In this document: positions 31,877 through 32,000 of the stretch, piece by piece
Layout: every line of letters starts with the position of its first letter
How positions within the stretch are numbered: the stretch's first letter is position 1
NCBI GenBank assembly: GCA_016700375.1
Contig: CP065016.1
Coordinates: forward strand, 390,001 to 422,000
Direction of reading: 5' to 3'
Origin: Candidatus Saccharimonadota bacterium
Lineage (GTDB): Bacteria > Patescibacteriota > Saccharimonadia > Saccharimonadales > UBA4665
Length of the DNA stretch: 32,000 bases
Notes under the pieces: generated by a model
What the model was told of the DNA's origin: nothing
The model's input: only the letters and a program-made list of their open reading frames with translations
Databases searched by the model: none
Made by a program: the position numbers and the translations under genes

Positions 31877-32000
31877 AGTTACATTTAGTATACACCGCTC
31901 TTCTGTATGACTTTCACGCCACTAGCTCTCAGCCCGGACAAACTACTTGCGTTTACAGAAGCAAAAGCGGTATTATGTACCTGAAAGAGCAATGCTGACG

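Noticed and set aside
1-32000. Searched by eye for CRISPR arrays, rRNA, reverse transcriptase/DGR or retron signatures, integrases and SRP/6S RNA.
   Set aside because: I saw no regularly spaced direct repeats, no rRNA-like segments, no RT or tyrosine/serine recombinase motifs in any listed ORF, and no SRP helix-8 motif (GGAAGCAGC-type). A visual scan cannot prove absence.

Overview
This is a gene-dense 32-kb bacterial chromosomal window. It holds about 40 protein genes, 2 tRNAs (Ser-GGA, Leu-CAA), one complete IS element and one frameshifted K+ channel gene. The left ~6.3 kb looks accessory or defence-like. It contains the 3' part of a type ISP/IIG-like N6-adenine methyltransferase, then an unassignable two-gene cassette with its own promoter and terminator. 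After that comes a translationally coupled cassette: XRE-HTH/Panacea(DUF4065) antitoxin-type gene, a RelE-like small ORF, a Bro-N/DinD-like gene and two GIY-YIG-type genes. The rest is housekeeping and envelope. It includes an RRM RNA-binding protein, a GT2 / GT-C-like / flippase-like glycosylation triad, a MarP-like protease with VKOR, and a rhodanese-Fur-rhodanese-ferritin-like-NRAMP cluster. It also includes a MacB-type ABC pair, pyrH, xth, an HD hydrolase, proline iminopeptidase, a guanylate-kinase-like protein, a HAD hydrolase, sortase and a PEGA protein. The most unusual signals are non-coding. (i) At 28.44-28.90 kb, tRNA-Leu sits inside nested long inverted repeats, next to a 117-nt cloverleaf-like element ending in ...CACCA and two copies of a 42-45-nt repeat. 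(ii) At 12.41-13.10 kb there is a 684-bp ORF-free, hairpin-saturated spacer between convergent genes, and it contains a shortened relative of the element in (i). (iii) A 26-bp palindrome occurs twice, each time just upstream of a gene start. I found no CRISPR array, rRNA, reverse transcriptase, or recognisable tmRNA/RNase P/SRP RNA. Taxonomy cannot be established without a search. The gene content is compatible with a reduced-genome monoderm-type or Patescibacteria-like organism, but that is inference only.
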